This document shows positions 34,539 through 46,100 of a stretch of 64,000 bases of DNA, piece by piece. A program made the translations under genes and the position numbers. A model generated the notes under the pieces. The model was not told the DNA's origin. It was given only the letters and a program-made list of their open reading frames with translations, and searched no databases. The DNA comes from Chaetodon trifascialis (Eukaryota): positions 5,315,152 to 5,379,151 of the forward strand of contig NC_092066.1 of the NCBI RefSeq assembly GCF_039877785.1, written 5' to 3'. The stretch's first letter is position 1. The number at the start of each line of letters is the position of its first letter.

Positions 34539-34812
34539 GTGTGACCCAGCAGCAAAACATGCACTAAAACCTTAGTTTGAAAATGCTGGTACAGCTTTTT
34601 CATCAGAGGAAGATCATATTTCTGTTCATCACTTGGCTGGGTAGCATAAATATTAAGGTACACATATTCACCATTAACTATTTGCTTAGCAGCATGCATA
34701 TTGGTGGTGAGTATGTGTAGCTTAGCTTAAAGTGTCGTCATGTTTCTTTTGTGATTGAACTGTGATGGTGAAGGTTGTTAAGCGCTCTCTTGTGTTTGTG
34801 ATGTGCTTACAG

Positions 34813-34891
34813 AAAGCTGTTATTCAGAGCCGACAGTTTCCCTTCAGATTCCTTGCTGCCTACAAAGTCGTCATGCAGCTTCAGAATTTGG
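34813..34891 (+). CDS. tep1: TEP1 exon 10
   Basis: Acceptor gcttacag|. Peptide KAVIQSRQFPFRFLAAYKVVMQLQNL. Donor G|gtgaga. Confidence 0.75.
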
Positions 34892-35089
34892 GTGAGATTC
34901 ATATTCATCAAGCTACACTAACACTGTGGACTGAAAGTTGTATCAGGCAGAGAGTCTGAGCATGATGAGGGTTTTTTAATGAAGGGGAAGCGAGGTGCGC
35001 ACATCCATGCAAGTAATCTACAGGTGCTAGACAAATATAACAGATATTAGAAAAAGGTGGTCTGCACACTGTATATGATCCAAGAAAAT

Positions 35090-38000
35090 TTATTTGCTTA
35101 AAGAGGCAACGTTTCGATCCCGTGGGATCTTCATCAGGCATTGAAACAATGAATGAGTCAGCTTATATCACATGGCCCCAATCAGGGTGTAACCCCTCTT
35201 TTTCAACGTTGATGGATTGAAGGAATCACACGGCGACTTATTGGTCAGGTTCACAGCATTTACTTGTCCACACACACAGCTGCCAAATAAACACAGAAAT
35301 GTGGTTGGCGGTGGTGGAAAACATACAGTACAGCTCCAGCCCCATCGTTGAGATCATCCTTTACAGTGTGATCGTATAGTCTGGTTGAACCTATGAACCT
35401 GTTTTCATTTTTTTTTATATGCAAAATATTTTACTTTTCTATCCAAACTGTCCAGACAGCACACCCGAAAGGTGACAGTTGGCATAACTTGTGCCCGAAG
35501 GTACTGGCTTGTATGCATGGCATAAAGCCACAAGAATCATCAGACATATATATCAAATCAGCAAACAGAAAAGATTTTTAACTCACAATACAAATTGATA
35601 CACTCAAATACAGATCAAAACAGATGTGAACTTTGGGATTTATCAGGCATGAGCAATCAAAGAAAAGGTTTGAGAGGTTTGAGAACATTGAAGACCTTAG
35701 GAGACAGGGTATTTAGCATATATATAAAATGCCTCCCTTCTAAGGAGAAGGTTATCTATGTCTCCTCCACGTCTGGGAGTGGAAACATGTTCAGTTCCGA
35801 TATATCTTAAGGTAGACAAATTATGTTTCAACGCATTAAAATGGGCCGCTACTGGGTTTTGTTGGTCATTTAATCTTATACTGCTCCTTTGCTCTGCAAT
35901 GCGTGTTTTTATGCAGCGTGTGGTCTTACCAATATAAGCAAGACCGCAGGGACACTTTATCATGTAAATCACGTTCTTAGTGTTACACGATATGACCCCT
36001 TTAATTTTGAGCGTCTTTCCTGTGTGCGGATGGCAATATGTATTACACTTGTGAGTGAAATTGCATTGCGCGTAGTGTGCACACCTGTAATTTCCATCAG
36101 GTAGTGGAGGGAAAAACTGCGGGGGCTTGTCAGGTGGTTGGTCTGCTCTGACGATCAGATTAGAAATATTGGGTGAGCGCTTATAGGTGAAACGAGGAGG
36201 CTGTCTAAATGCCGCATCCTTCAGAGTAGGATCAGAACTCAAAATAGGCCAATGTTTTCGCACAATAGTTTCAAATTCTCTGCTGAGTGGTGAATTTTGT
36301 GAAATACAGGTAAGTCTGTTATCTATTCTGGCCTGTTTTTTCTTCTCAGGCATTCTTCTTGATCCATATTTTTGAATCGATCAGAGGCGCATTGGATCTA
36401 GGACACAGCATAGTCCCTTTGTCTGAAGCGCTGAATCAACTGGGCACATCAACTGTGATGCATAATCTTGATCAGAGCCACATATGCGCCGTACTCTGTT
36501 AAACTGACTTATCGGTATGCTTCTTTTTAAGCTAGTGGGATGGTAACTTCTCCTGTGTAAAATTGTGTTTTTATCAGTAGGTTTTTTGTATAAGTCAGTT
36601 TTTAAAGTGTCACCATCTTTAGAGATCAGAAGATCTAAAGACTGGGGTGGTGGTCCCTCTTTTTAAAAAGGGGGACCAGAGGGTGTGTTCCAACTATCGG
36701 GGGATCACACTCCTCAGGCTTCCTGGGAAAGTCTATTCCAGGGTGCTGGAGAGGAGGGTCTGGTCGATAGTTGAACCTCGAATTCAGGAGGAACAATGCG
36801 GTTTTCGTCCTGCCCTTGGAACACTGGACCAGCTCTATACCCTCCACAGGGTGCTTGAGGGTTCATGGGAGTTTGCCCAACCAGTCCACATGTGCTTTGT
36901 GGACTTGGAGAAGGCATTTGACCGTGTCCCTCGTGTCATTCTGTGGGAGGTGCTCCGGGAGTATGGGGTTGGAGGCCCTCTGTTGAGGGCTGTACAGTCC
37001 CTGTACAACCGGAGCAGGAGCTTGGTCCGCATTGCCGGCAGTAAGTCGGACCTGTTCCCGGTGCATGTTGGACTCCGGCCGGGCTGCCCTTTGTCACCGG
37101 TTCTGTTCTTCATTTTTATGGACAGAATTTCTAGGCGCAGCCAGGGGCCGGAGGGGGTTCGTTTCGGGAGCCGGCAGATTTCGTCTCTGCTTTTCGCGGA
37201 TGATGTTGTCTTGTTGGCTCCTTCGAGCCAGGACCCTCAGCATGCGCTGGGGCGGTTCGCAGCCGAGTGTCAAGCAGCTGGGATGAGAGTCAGCACCTCC
37301 AAGTCCGAGGCCATGGTTCTCAACCGGAAAAAGGTGGCTTGCTCCCTTCAGGTTGGGGGAGAGTTCCTGCCTCAAGTGGAGTTTAAGTATCTTGGGATCC
37401 TGTTCACGAGTGAGGGAAGGATGGAGCGTGAGATTGACAGGCGGATCGGTGCAGCAGCAACAGTAATGCGGTCGCTGTACCAGTCCGTCGTGGTGAAGAA
37501 GGAGCTGAGCCGAAAGGCGAAGCTCTCGATTTACCTGTCAATCTACGTTCCTACCCTCACGTATGGTCATGAACTTTGGCTCATGACCGAAAGAACAAGG
37601 TCCCGGATACAAGCAGCTGAAATGAGTTTCTTCCGCAGAATGGCAGGGTGCTCCCTTAGAGACAGGGTGAGGAGCTCTGTCACCCGCGAGGAGCTCAGAG
37701 TAGAGTTGCTGCTCCTCCACATCGAGAGGAGTCAGCTGAGGTGGCTCGGGCATCTTTATCGGATGCCCCCTGGACGCCTCCTTAAGGAGGTGTTCCAGGC
37801 ATGTCCCACCGAGGGGAGGCCCCGGGGAAGACCCAGGGCACGCTGGTGTGACTATGTCACTCGGCTGGCCTGGGAACGCCTCGGGATCCCCCCGGAAGAG
37901 CTGGGGGAAGTGTCCGGGGAGAGGGAAGTTTGGCCATCCCTGTTCAGACTGCTCCCCCCGCGACCCGACCCCGGATGAAGAAGGAGAAAATGGATGGATG

Positions 38001-38760
38001 GATGGATGGATGGAAGATCTAAAAAGCTGATTTCATTGCAATTAAAATCTCCAATGAACCTAAGGTGCTCACTTTTATCATTCAAATGTACTTGAAAGTC
38101 AGAAAGTTCACTCGATGTACCCAACCATAGAAGAAAAATATCATCAATATATCTACGCCACATTAAGATCTTGTGAAAAGAGGGGTTCACATCAGGATTC
38201 AGTACAAACATTTTCTCAAAAAGGCCCACAAATAAATTAGTGTATTTGGGTGCCATAGTGCTACCCATTGCAGTGCCTTTAATCTGTAAGAAGTGATTTT
38301 TAAACATAAAAAAGTTCTTTGTAAGCACAATTTCAGTTAATCTCTTACTACAGTCAACACTGAGAATCATGTTAGAATGTTTGTCCCTCAAAAAGAAATC
38401 AACCGCCTTGATGCCTCCATCATGTGGTATGTTGGTATATAGGGACTCCACATGGAAAGTAGCCAACATAATGTCATCGGATGGTAATTTTACTTCTTTT
38501 AACGCCTTAATCATGTCCATAGAGTCTTTAACAAATGAAGGGAGAGCAGATGTGAGAGACGTGGTTTTAACAAAGAGTCTATAAAGGTGGAGATCTTCTC
38601 TGCTAGAGATCCAATCCCTGCAATAATTGGCCTCCCTGGAGGTGTCTGATTGTCTTTATGGATCTTTGGCAACGTGTAGATGACCGGTGTAATCGGGTGG
38701 TCAACTTTCATGAAATCAAAATAATTTTTATATATCTCTCCGTTTCTTAATGAAGAACAA
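35090..38760 (-). mobile_element. Penelope-like element (RT plus zinc-finger GIY-YIG endonuclease) in TEP1 intron 10, interrupted by a nested Rex3-like fragment
   Basis: Minus ORF 35697..36353 has ..CAHYAQCNFTHKCNTYCHPH.. plus VIYMIKCPCGLAYIGKTTRCIKTRIAEQR (GIY-YIG). Minus ORFs 38009..38520 and 38511..38711 carry RT motifs (SLYTNIP, YIDDIF, LPKIHK). A terminal acgtttcg..cttcatcag motif is shared with the 17123 element. Confidence 0.6.
36641..38008 (+). mobile_element. 5'-truncated Rex3-like RTE LINE fragment (RT to tail) nested in the Penelope-like element
   Basis: ORF 36647..37978 is colinear with the RT part of 3938-7100. (GATG)n tail. TSD aagatctaaa. Confidence 0.75.
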
Positions 38761-39036
38761 AAAATTCAAAAGTATAAAATAAAATGAAGTGGGCTTGAAT
38801 CTCAGCACCACAGTCAGAGAAGGAGAGTCAAAAGTCATTGAGAGACGTTGTTGGTTTTTAGTCCTTTCTTGGGATTTATTGACGATATGAAAAATGTAGA
38901 ATGACGCCAGCCTCCTTTAATGTTGGCAGTGTTTCGTATGATTGACCAGCTTTCAATATGAAACCAAACTATGTAGACATGTGAACATTTCAGCCAAACC
39001 TTGTCAGTACCTCCTCTTTGCTCCTCTGTCCTTCAG

Positions 39037-39229
39037 CCTCAGCACCAGAACAAGCGCTCCCCCCTGTTAAAGACATCCTGAAGGACATCCTGAAGAAGAT
39101 TCCCAAGAGCAGGCGCTTCAGACGTCTGGAGTGGGATGACGCTCCAAGGAAAAGGATCAGGGTGGCACTCGGGGTGCCATTTGTCTATCGACTATACCGA
39201 ATGAAGAAGGCCGAGCTCATAAAGGCCAA
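39037..39229 (+). CDS. tep1: TEP1 exon 11
   Basis: Acceptor ccttcag|. Peptide ASAPEQALPPVKDILKDILKKIPKSRRFRRLEWDD..KAELIKAK. Donor AA|gtatgt. Confidence 0.65.
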
Positions 39230-39337
39230 GTATGTCTGATATTCTTCAGATTTACTACATTTTAGATAAACGCGGTGTGTGCTAGTATGAAGTATACTGA
39301 GTTATATAGATAAGTGTTTCTGTGTCTGTACATTCAG

Positions 39338-39596
39338 TCAGAGGCAGTACACTGTCGCTCTGTTGGACCGCTACCGCAAAGCCCTGGAGACGGCGGTGCA
39401 GATATCCTGTCGGTACAACATTCCCCCGCTTCCTGGACGCACTGTCATCCTGCTCTCCAGAACCATAAAGACCTACTGGTGCCTGGACCAGGACTTCTGC
39501 CTGCCACCAGAACCCAATCAAAAAAATAAGGAGGAAGGCGAGGAGTCCAGGAGGAGACAAAAGAAGAAGGATGAGGATAAAAAGCTCGCTCCTTCC
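39338..39596 (+). CDS. tep1: TEP1 exon 12, includes a K/E-rich low-complexity tail
   Basis: Acceptor cattcag|. Peptide NQRQYTVALLDRYRKALETAVQISCRYNIPPLPGRTVILLS..KKKDEDKKLAPS. First available donor is TCC|gtatgg. Confidence 0.6.
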
Positions 39597-39723
39597 GTAT
39601 GGGCCTGCTTTCTTCTGATTAGCAATAACGCAAAGGGCATCAGAGTTGTCTGAGTCACTTTAAAAAGGGCTATTTTACTGCATTGCTTTTAACTCTCCTC
39701 TCCCCATTTTTACACGCTCTCAG

Positions 39724-39858
39724 TCGATGGAGGTGGCAGCTTTGCTCTCTCTGATGATTGGCAGCAGTGCGGAGGACTTTCAGCTCTTCTATCACAGTCA
39801 AGAAATCAAGCTGGAGTCTGATGTTCTCTTGGATAACGTCCGGACAGTGATGAAGCAA
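39724..39858 (+). CDS. tep1: TEP1 exon 13
   Basis: Acceptor gctctcag|. Peptide SMEVAALLSLMIGSSAEDFQLFYHSQEIKLESDVLLDNVRTVMKQ. Donor CAA|gtaaag. Confidence 0.7.
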
Positions 39859-40003
39859 GTAAAGGTCAGGGCTTTTCAGCGATTACACAGAATTGAAGGC
39901 TTTGTCCTACTGAATTATATTTCTATGTTGTAGAATAACAGGAGAAGTGTGATTTTAAGGGGGTTTGTTTTTTCCTTTAGTAATGAATCCTTCTCTTTCA
40001 CAG

Positions 40004-40072
40004 GCAAGTAACCACATGTCATATGAAGACAAAAATTTCCTCTCCACAGTGTTGTTCCCCAAGAAAAACAAG
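40004..40072 (+). CDS. tep1: TEP1 exon 14
   Basis: Acceptor tttcacag|. Peptide ASNHMSYEDKNFLSTVLFPKKNK. Donor AAG|gtgagt. Confidence 0.6.
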
Positions 40073-40470
40073 GTGAGTTTATTTGTACTTATGTAGTTTA
40101 TGTTGTTACGCTTGGCTGATTATGCTTAGTTTTGTGATTATAACAGAGTGAGATCAAAGGCTTTCAGGGAAAAGTTATTCTTCAACTAAAATAATATAGT
40201 TATGCCATCATTTTGTATGATAAATGCTTACAAAATGCATGTTAAATACCTCGAAGAATCTGTGGTGAAAGTGCCTAAAAAGAAGCACCAAGTATGTTTA
40301 GAAGTTTTAGAGTTAGCCATGAATTCTAAGTGGTATTAAGGAGGCACTGCTTGAGTTTTTTAAAAGCAATTTTAATAGATTTGAAGCTCCAAATGGAACT
40401 GGCTTGCAGTTCAGTCATGCACATTCAGCAGACAAATGAGTCCTTGACCTCATATGCTTTTGTATCTCAG

Positions 40471-40592
40471 GTGGACAACATCATCGTGTTGAGTGACTCC
40501 TGGATTCCTAATGATGTCGAGTGGGTCATCAGAAACTACAGGCAGAACATCGACAACAAAGTCCTCGTTGTGTATATCTTCCTGTATGAGCG
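40471..40592 (+). CDS. tep1: TEP1 exon 15
   Basis: Acceptor tatctcag|. Peptide VDNIIVLSDSWIPNDVEWVIRNYRQNIDNKVLVVYIFLYE. Donor CG|gtaatg. Confidence 0.7.
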
Positions 40593-40750
40593 GTAATGCT
40601 TCACTCCACTGCAGTGGACCACCAGTCACAGTGACTGACATACTTAAACATTAAACACAACACTCTTTCAGCATAGACAGGCACATAGCTGGTTTCTGTT
40701 TCCCTTCTTGTTTCTAAATTATCCTGAATGCTTGTGTTGTTGTCTCACAG

Positions 40751-40816
40751 AGAGCCAGAGTATCTCCCCGACAGCAACCATGTGCAACTGGCAGGCTTCA
40801 GTGAGCAAATGCTGAG
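40751..40816 (+). CDS. tep1: TEP1 exon 16
   Basis: Acceptor tctcacag|. Peptide REPEYLPDSNHVQLAGFSEQML. Donor AG|gtaaaa. Confidence 0.65.
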
Positions 40817-41029
40817 GTAAAAAAACAGATTTTAATGAGTTGTAGAAATGTAAGAAAAGTCTTGAAAACAAACCTTGGCTTTCTGTTTATGATATGCTGT
40901 ATTGATAATTGGAGGAACTTACTCATTTATTGTTTCAAAGAATTCAACATTTTGGGAAATGTGCTTATTTGCATGCTTGTATCCGTATATATCCCACAAT
41001 CTGGAACTATTTCTTTGACTGTGTATCAG

Positions 41030-41173
41030 GTTTGTGGCAGAACGAGGATCATCCAGGCTGCTGGACCACGTGGAGCACTTAGACAAACTGTACAACATCC
41101 CACCACCAGAGGGAGCCAAAGCCCCTCAGGTCACCAGCAATGTTGAGCCAATACCAGCCAGTCCTAAGTTAAG
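41030..41173 (+). CDS. tep1: TEP1 exon 17
   Basis: Acceptor gtatcag|. Peptide RFVAERGSSRLLDHVEHLDKLYNIPPPEGAKAPQ..PASPKL matches human KFIAEHGASHLLEHVGQMDKIFKIPPPPGK. Donor AG|gtaatt. Confidence 0.75.
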
Positions 41174-41281
41174 GTAATTTTCATGTCAAAGAAGCAGTTC
41201 TGGGCAGTCTTATAACTTGAAGATCTGCTGTCCAAGTGTACTTTTTCCTGCCTTTTCCTCAGCGCCTTTCTCTGCCCTCAG

Positions 41282-41573
41282 GTGGCGAGGCATACGTGTG
41301 TTCATCTCCTCCACCTTCAGAGACATGCACGCCGAGCGCGACATCCTGGTGCAGAGCGTGTTCCCGGAGCTGCGGCGTCGCGCTGCATCACACTGCCTCT
41401 ACCTGCAGGAGGTGGAGCTGCGTTGGGGTGTGACGGAGGAGGAGTCGGGGCGGGCCGCCGAGCTGTGTCTGTCAGAGGTGTGTCGCAGCCAGATGTTGGT
41501 AGGAATCCTTGGGGAGAGGTACGGCCTGGTGACTCCCAAACCTGCCCTCCCTGACCTGCCGCAGCACAGCTGG
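41282..41573 (+). CDS. tep1: TEP1 exon 18, start of the NACHT region
   Basis: Acceptor ccctcag|. Peptide RWRGIRVFISSTFRDMHAERDILVQSVFPELRRRAASH..RWGVTEEESGRAAELCLSEV..LVGILGERYG. Donor TGG|gtaaga. Strong match to human TEP1. Confidence 0.8.
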
Positions 41574-42082
41574 GTAAGACTTGACACCATGAAGCAGAAT
41601 TAATAAGTAGAGCTGTGTACACAATGTACTCACTGCTGCTTAGATATATAAATGAAGTACTGACGCTTTATTCAAGATGATTAACTAAAGAAAAATGAAT
41701 TGATCGCAATCCTAAAGGGACATTTAATAATCTGATATTTACAGATCTCAACCTGCGACCATCAGCATTCAAGTTTGTTGAATGTAATTATTTTAATGCA
41801 GGTCTTTGTCACTGAAATGCTTTGTGAAACTAGTTAGCTGTTGCATCATAGATCAGTTGAAAATGAGGGGAAATACAAGTACGAGTAGGAACAATCGTCA
41901 TTTAAAGGTAGAAAGGTCAGCGACTGGTGAAGTTCCATCACTGTTGATGGTGAACAGGTATTTAGGTGATTTTATGATCAATTCAAACTGCCTTTGATAC
42001 CTTAAAGAGAAATGATGAATAAAAATATGTTTGAATTTGAAATATTCTTCAGAGTACTGACAGAAGTATGATTTGTGTGCAG

Positions 42083-42204
42083 CTTGCCTCGGCGCCGGCG
42101 GGCCTGTCCATCACCGAGCTGGAGATCCGTCAGTTCCAGGCTCTTTACCCCGACACAGCCCACCAGCGAATGTTCTGCTACTTCAGAGACCCAAACATCA
42201 TCAA
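42083..42204 (+). CDS. tep1: TEP1 exon 19
   Basis: Acceptor gtgtgcag|. Peptide LASAPAGLSITELEIRQFQALYPDTAHQRMFCYFRDPNII. Donor AA|gtacgc. Confidence 0.7.
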
Positions 42205-42393
42205 GTACGCCATGAAGTTTTCTCTTATGCATTTTAAGTTTAAATGAACGAGTCATTTAAATATATGACTAACTCCTTCAGATTCGTCCCATTATGTTGA
42301 GATGAGGTTTTTGTACAGTATTTGTGATTCCATAAGTTGACAATACAAACAGTTTGCTGGTATTTGAAGTTTTCATTTCACTGTCCTCCTCAG

Positions 42394-42507
42394 ATCAGTT
42401 CCAGTGTCTTGGAAGTCCGACTTTGCTGCTGAATCAAAGGAGGCTGAGTCTAAAATGGCCTCTCTGAAGACAATGATCCGGACCAGTGAAGTCAAGGTCA
42501 CTGAAAA
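42394..42507 (+). CDS. tep1: TEP1 exon 20
   Basis: Acceptor cctcctcag|. Peptide KSVPVSWKSDFAAESKEAESKMASLKTMIRTSEVKVTE matches human SSVPDAWKSDFVSESEEA. Donor AA|gtgagt. Confidence 0.75.
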
Positions 42508-42677
42508 GTGAGTCCTCGTGGTCATGATTCTCCTTCACTGAAGCTGTGGCACTAAAACAGCAGTTCACTACACCTTTAGTCTGTTTTCAGACTGCAGGCA
42601 TGAATCTAGCTTTTTTCTTTTGCTCATATGTGACTAAGTGACTTAGCTGAGGCTTCTTGTCTGTGTTTCTGCCACAG

Positions 42678-42795
42678 TTACTCGTGTGCCTGGGGAGGCG
42701 TTGTGGACGGGAAGCCATACCTGAAAAACCTGGAGGACTTTGGCAAAGCCGTGCTGGTCGACCTGTGGACGGCTATAGAAAAGCAGTTTGTGGAG
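42678..42795 (+). CDS. tep1: TEP1 exon 21
   Basis: Acceptor gccacag|. Peptide NYSCAWGGVVDGKPYLKNLEDFGKAVLVDLWTAIEKQFVE. Donor GAG|gttagt. Confidence 0.7.
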
Positions 42796-43006
42796 GTTAG
42801 TTGTGGTGGAGGAAGTATGGAAATCATGTACTGAAGAAAACATCGCAATACTACACTTCAAAAATACTCCTTTACAAGTTAAAGTCCTGCATTCAAAATT
42901 CAAAAGCATGAAAGTATAAAGGTATTTGATTGATATCGATATTATATTTATACAGTATTTGAGTATAGTAGAAGTTTAGATATGGCAGTTAACCTAGAAT
43001 AGAAAT

Positions 43007-44097
43007 TAGGGTTGGGTGATAATCCGGTAATAATATATCCCACAGTATCTAAAATAGCAACAGTATCAGTTTCATTACCGTCATTAAAAAAAAAAAATGC
43101 TGCGCATATAGGTCTATTGGCGTCTAACATAATTTGAGCATCGTCATAACAAAAATGAAATCCACCCCATTCAATGTATCTGGTTGAATTTTTACTTGAG
43201 AAAAAGGTGACTGTGCAAAAGTACATGCTAAAAAATGAACCTGAGCAGTTTTACAGATGTTTGAACATAGGTATGTCCAGGCGCTCATTTAGGCGCATCT
43301 GGGCAGAGTATAGTTATCTCGTCCAAGCATACGGAGAAACTCCTCTGTTGAAAACACTTTTTCAGCCTTTTTTCTGCTTGCTATTGTTCTTAGCTCTCAT
43401 AAAAGGACGAAATGCAAATAAAACAGTGAAATAAGACTTCGGGCTGCTCAGCAAAGTCCTCTGTGTGCGCTCTGCTCATTCATGAGACGGAGCGGTGAAA
43501 CTAACTGCGTGGTTACGCCGGTCAATAGCTCAGCGACCCGCCCAAATTCACCATAGAAACACCAATGACGATCCAGAAGGAAGTAAGCCCAGAGATAGGT
43601 TATTGCATGAAGAGCGCTCCCTCCACTCTAGGAACCTCCTCCTCTTAATGTAAACAAGCAGGACCTTCGTGATTGATCTCAAACTAACACAGAGTAATAG
43701 GGGGAGACATTAGCAGCGTTTTTTTTCAGGCTGGAATATAACTTTTGACCACAAAACAGCAAAGGTAAGACAGGTGGTGAAATCAGCAGATTCAGTACCG
43801 TTGACGTGCGCTATTTTCGTGTTTTCGTTACATGCGCATATAATTTCTTGGGGTATGAATTATGTTTTGTTTGGGTGGCAATGTTTGGGAGAGGCTTTTA
43901 GCAGAGTTTCTCCCCGTCATTCTGGTTTGCTACAAGTTAGGATTGGTGCTTCTTCGCGTGAGCATTGACCGTCTGAACTGCGCGCATGTCACGCTGCCCT
44001 GCAAAGTGATTTTTAATTAGTCACAGTAATACCGTGTACCCCGGGAAAATGTGGGGATGGTTTGACGGTATCAAAATTTGGCTACCGCCCAACTCTA
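43007..44097. mobile_element. Non-autonomous hAT-like element (hAT-N family) in TEP1 intron 21, with 8-bp TSD ATAGAAAT
   Basis: Termini tagggttgggtgata.. and ..tagccgcccaactcta are inverted YARNG-type TIRs. Perfect 8-bp direct duplication at 42999-43006 and 44098-44105. Confidence 0.75.
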
Positions 44098-44242
44098 ATA
44101 GAAATACTCAGAATTCTACTGCGCTTGAGTAAATGTAGTTACTTTCCACCACTGCTTGAAACCACTAAAATGACAAAAAATGCCGACACAGCTGACTAAC
44201 AGTAGATTACTAATGAACACCACTTCATTCTCCACGCTGAAG

Positions 44243-44431
44243 GAGGACAAGGAGGCCGAGGATGTGTCTAACGTGACTGAGCAGGAGGTGCAGCAGGGGG
44301 CGCTGCAGAGGCAGTTCTTCGGCAGGGCAAAGGTGATGGCCGGGGCGGTTGCGATTGTGGAGCAGAGCCAGATCAAAGGAGGGATGATGGTGGTGGAGGG
44401 CGGACCTGGAGAGGGAAAAACAGTCTTCATG
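44243..44431 (+). CDS. tep1: TEP1 exon 22, NACHT Walker A (P-loop)
   Basis: Acceptor cgctgaag| (alternative acacag| at 44191 would start the exon at 44192). Peptide EDKEAEDVSNVTEQEVQQGALQRQFFGRAKVMAGAVAIVEQSQIKGGMMVVEGGPGEGKTVFM. Donor ATG|gtaaat. Confidence 0.55.
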
Positions 44432-44999
44432 GTAAATTTCTATTTTATTATCATTACATTAATTAATGTGCCAGTAGTTTTCTGCTTTAATTGATTAGTC
44501 ATTTGCTCTAGGAACAATAAATTCTTAAAAACTACTTGTTTCAGTTTCTCAGATGACATCTTAAAATGTCTTATTTAGAGACCAACAGGGGCGGCTGGCC
44601 GATAGAGGGCGCTAGGGCGCCGCCCCCTCTGTCTCACTTCATGTAGAATCACACAGCCCTTCCTTTAATAAAACGTTTTTTAAAATGACTTTTACATGTA
44701 TACTCTCTGTTTTAAAAAGGCAAAATGAATAATATAGTCTGAAGTGAGTTACTAAAATGTAAAATCTGCACTAAATAGTCAGATTAGAACTGTCCTACAT
44801 TGTCTACAGTTACTAATAGCTGACATATAACGGGCCACGGGCACACACATCTTTCCCCATTGACTCTCGTTATAACTTTGACATGCGCAGTTTGTTCCTC
44901 TTCGATACAAGAGATAGGAGACAGCGGGGCGCAGCCTGACCGCACCCTGCTGTCTCCCTCTGATCGCTATACACACCACTGGCCATGGGGTGGCAGCAG

Positions 45000-46100
45000 C
45001 GAGCGAGCGGTTTGTTCAAACCAAATCAAATCAACTTTATTTATATGGCACTTCTCATACTTTATAGTAATACAAAGTGCCTCACAGGGGTTAAAAACAA
45101 CAACATTATAGAACACTGTGACCCCAAACCTCCCACCCCCCCAAATATACACAGAGATACACAATTACATACAGTCACGCACATACATGGACAAACATAC
45201 ATACCCACACACACAAACTTACACACACCCACATACATACACTAACTGTCGCTGAGGAGACATGGCTGGGCACCGAGAACCGAGGTGAGGAAGAAGCTAC
45301 CTTTGGGGGCCATGCACACCGAGAGGAATCATGGTCCATGACTGCGGGGGCGCTGACACAGGGACCACCCCAGCCCAGGCAGGCAGGAGGCTCCACACCA
45401 AGGTGTAAAGCTCTCTAGCTACCTGGGCCAGGGCCATCCACGGAACAGCACCCCCATCGGTGAACCAGAATCAAATCCCGGTGTGGTAGGCCCCCAGGAG
45501 GAAACACTGGAAAATGAGGGGCTAGAACAGTAAAATAAGATAAAAGGTATAGAAGCTAAAACTGAGAATAAAACAATAGAATGTATCAAATAGACCATAA
45601 GTAATGACTAAAACAATTGAAATAAAACATTGAGGTAACACAATAAAAAAAATATATATATATATATATAATATTAGGAAATGTAAGAATAAAGGTCATC
45701 TTAAGAAATTATAAATAGCTAAATGAGTCAGTTAAAAGCCTGATTAAAAAGATGGGTCTTGAGCCTCTTTTTAAAAACATCAACATTCTCTGCGGCCCTG
45801 AGGCTCTCCGGCAGGCTGTTCCACAATCGGGGGCCATAATAACTGAAAGCCGCCTCCCCGTGTGTTCTAGTTCTAATTTGTGGTATCGTTAAAAGGCCTG
45901 CACCGGAGGACCTCAGGGTCCGGAAGGGTTGATACGGTAAAAGTAATGCAGATAAATAAGAAGGCCCAAGATCGTTAAGACACTTAAAAACTAGTAAAAG
46001 AACCTTAAAATCGATCCTGAAGCGCACGGGGAGCCAATGCAGCGATTTTAAAACAGGTGTTATATGCTCCCGCCCTCTGGTCCTCGTCAGCACTCGTGCG
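45000..46100 (-). mobile_element. 3' fragment of the CR1/L2-type LINE family (C-terminal ORF2 block plus 3'UTR)
   Basis: Minus ORF 45728..46093 (..LHWLPVRFRIDFKVLLLVFKCLNDLGPSYL..). The 3'UTR is similar to 22200-22816. Confidence 0.7.
45653..45671. repeat. (TA)n microsatellite
   Basis: atatatatatatatatata. Confidence 0.85.
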
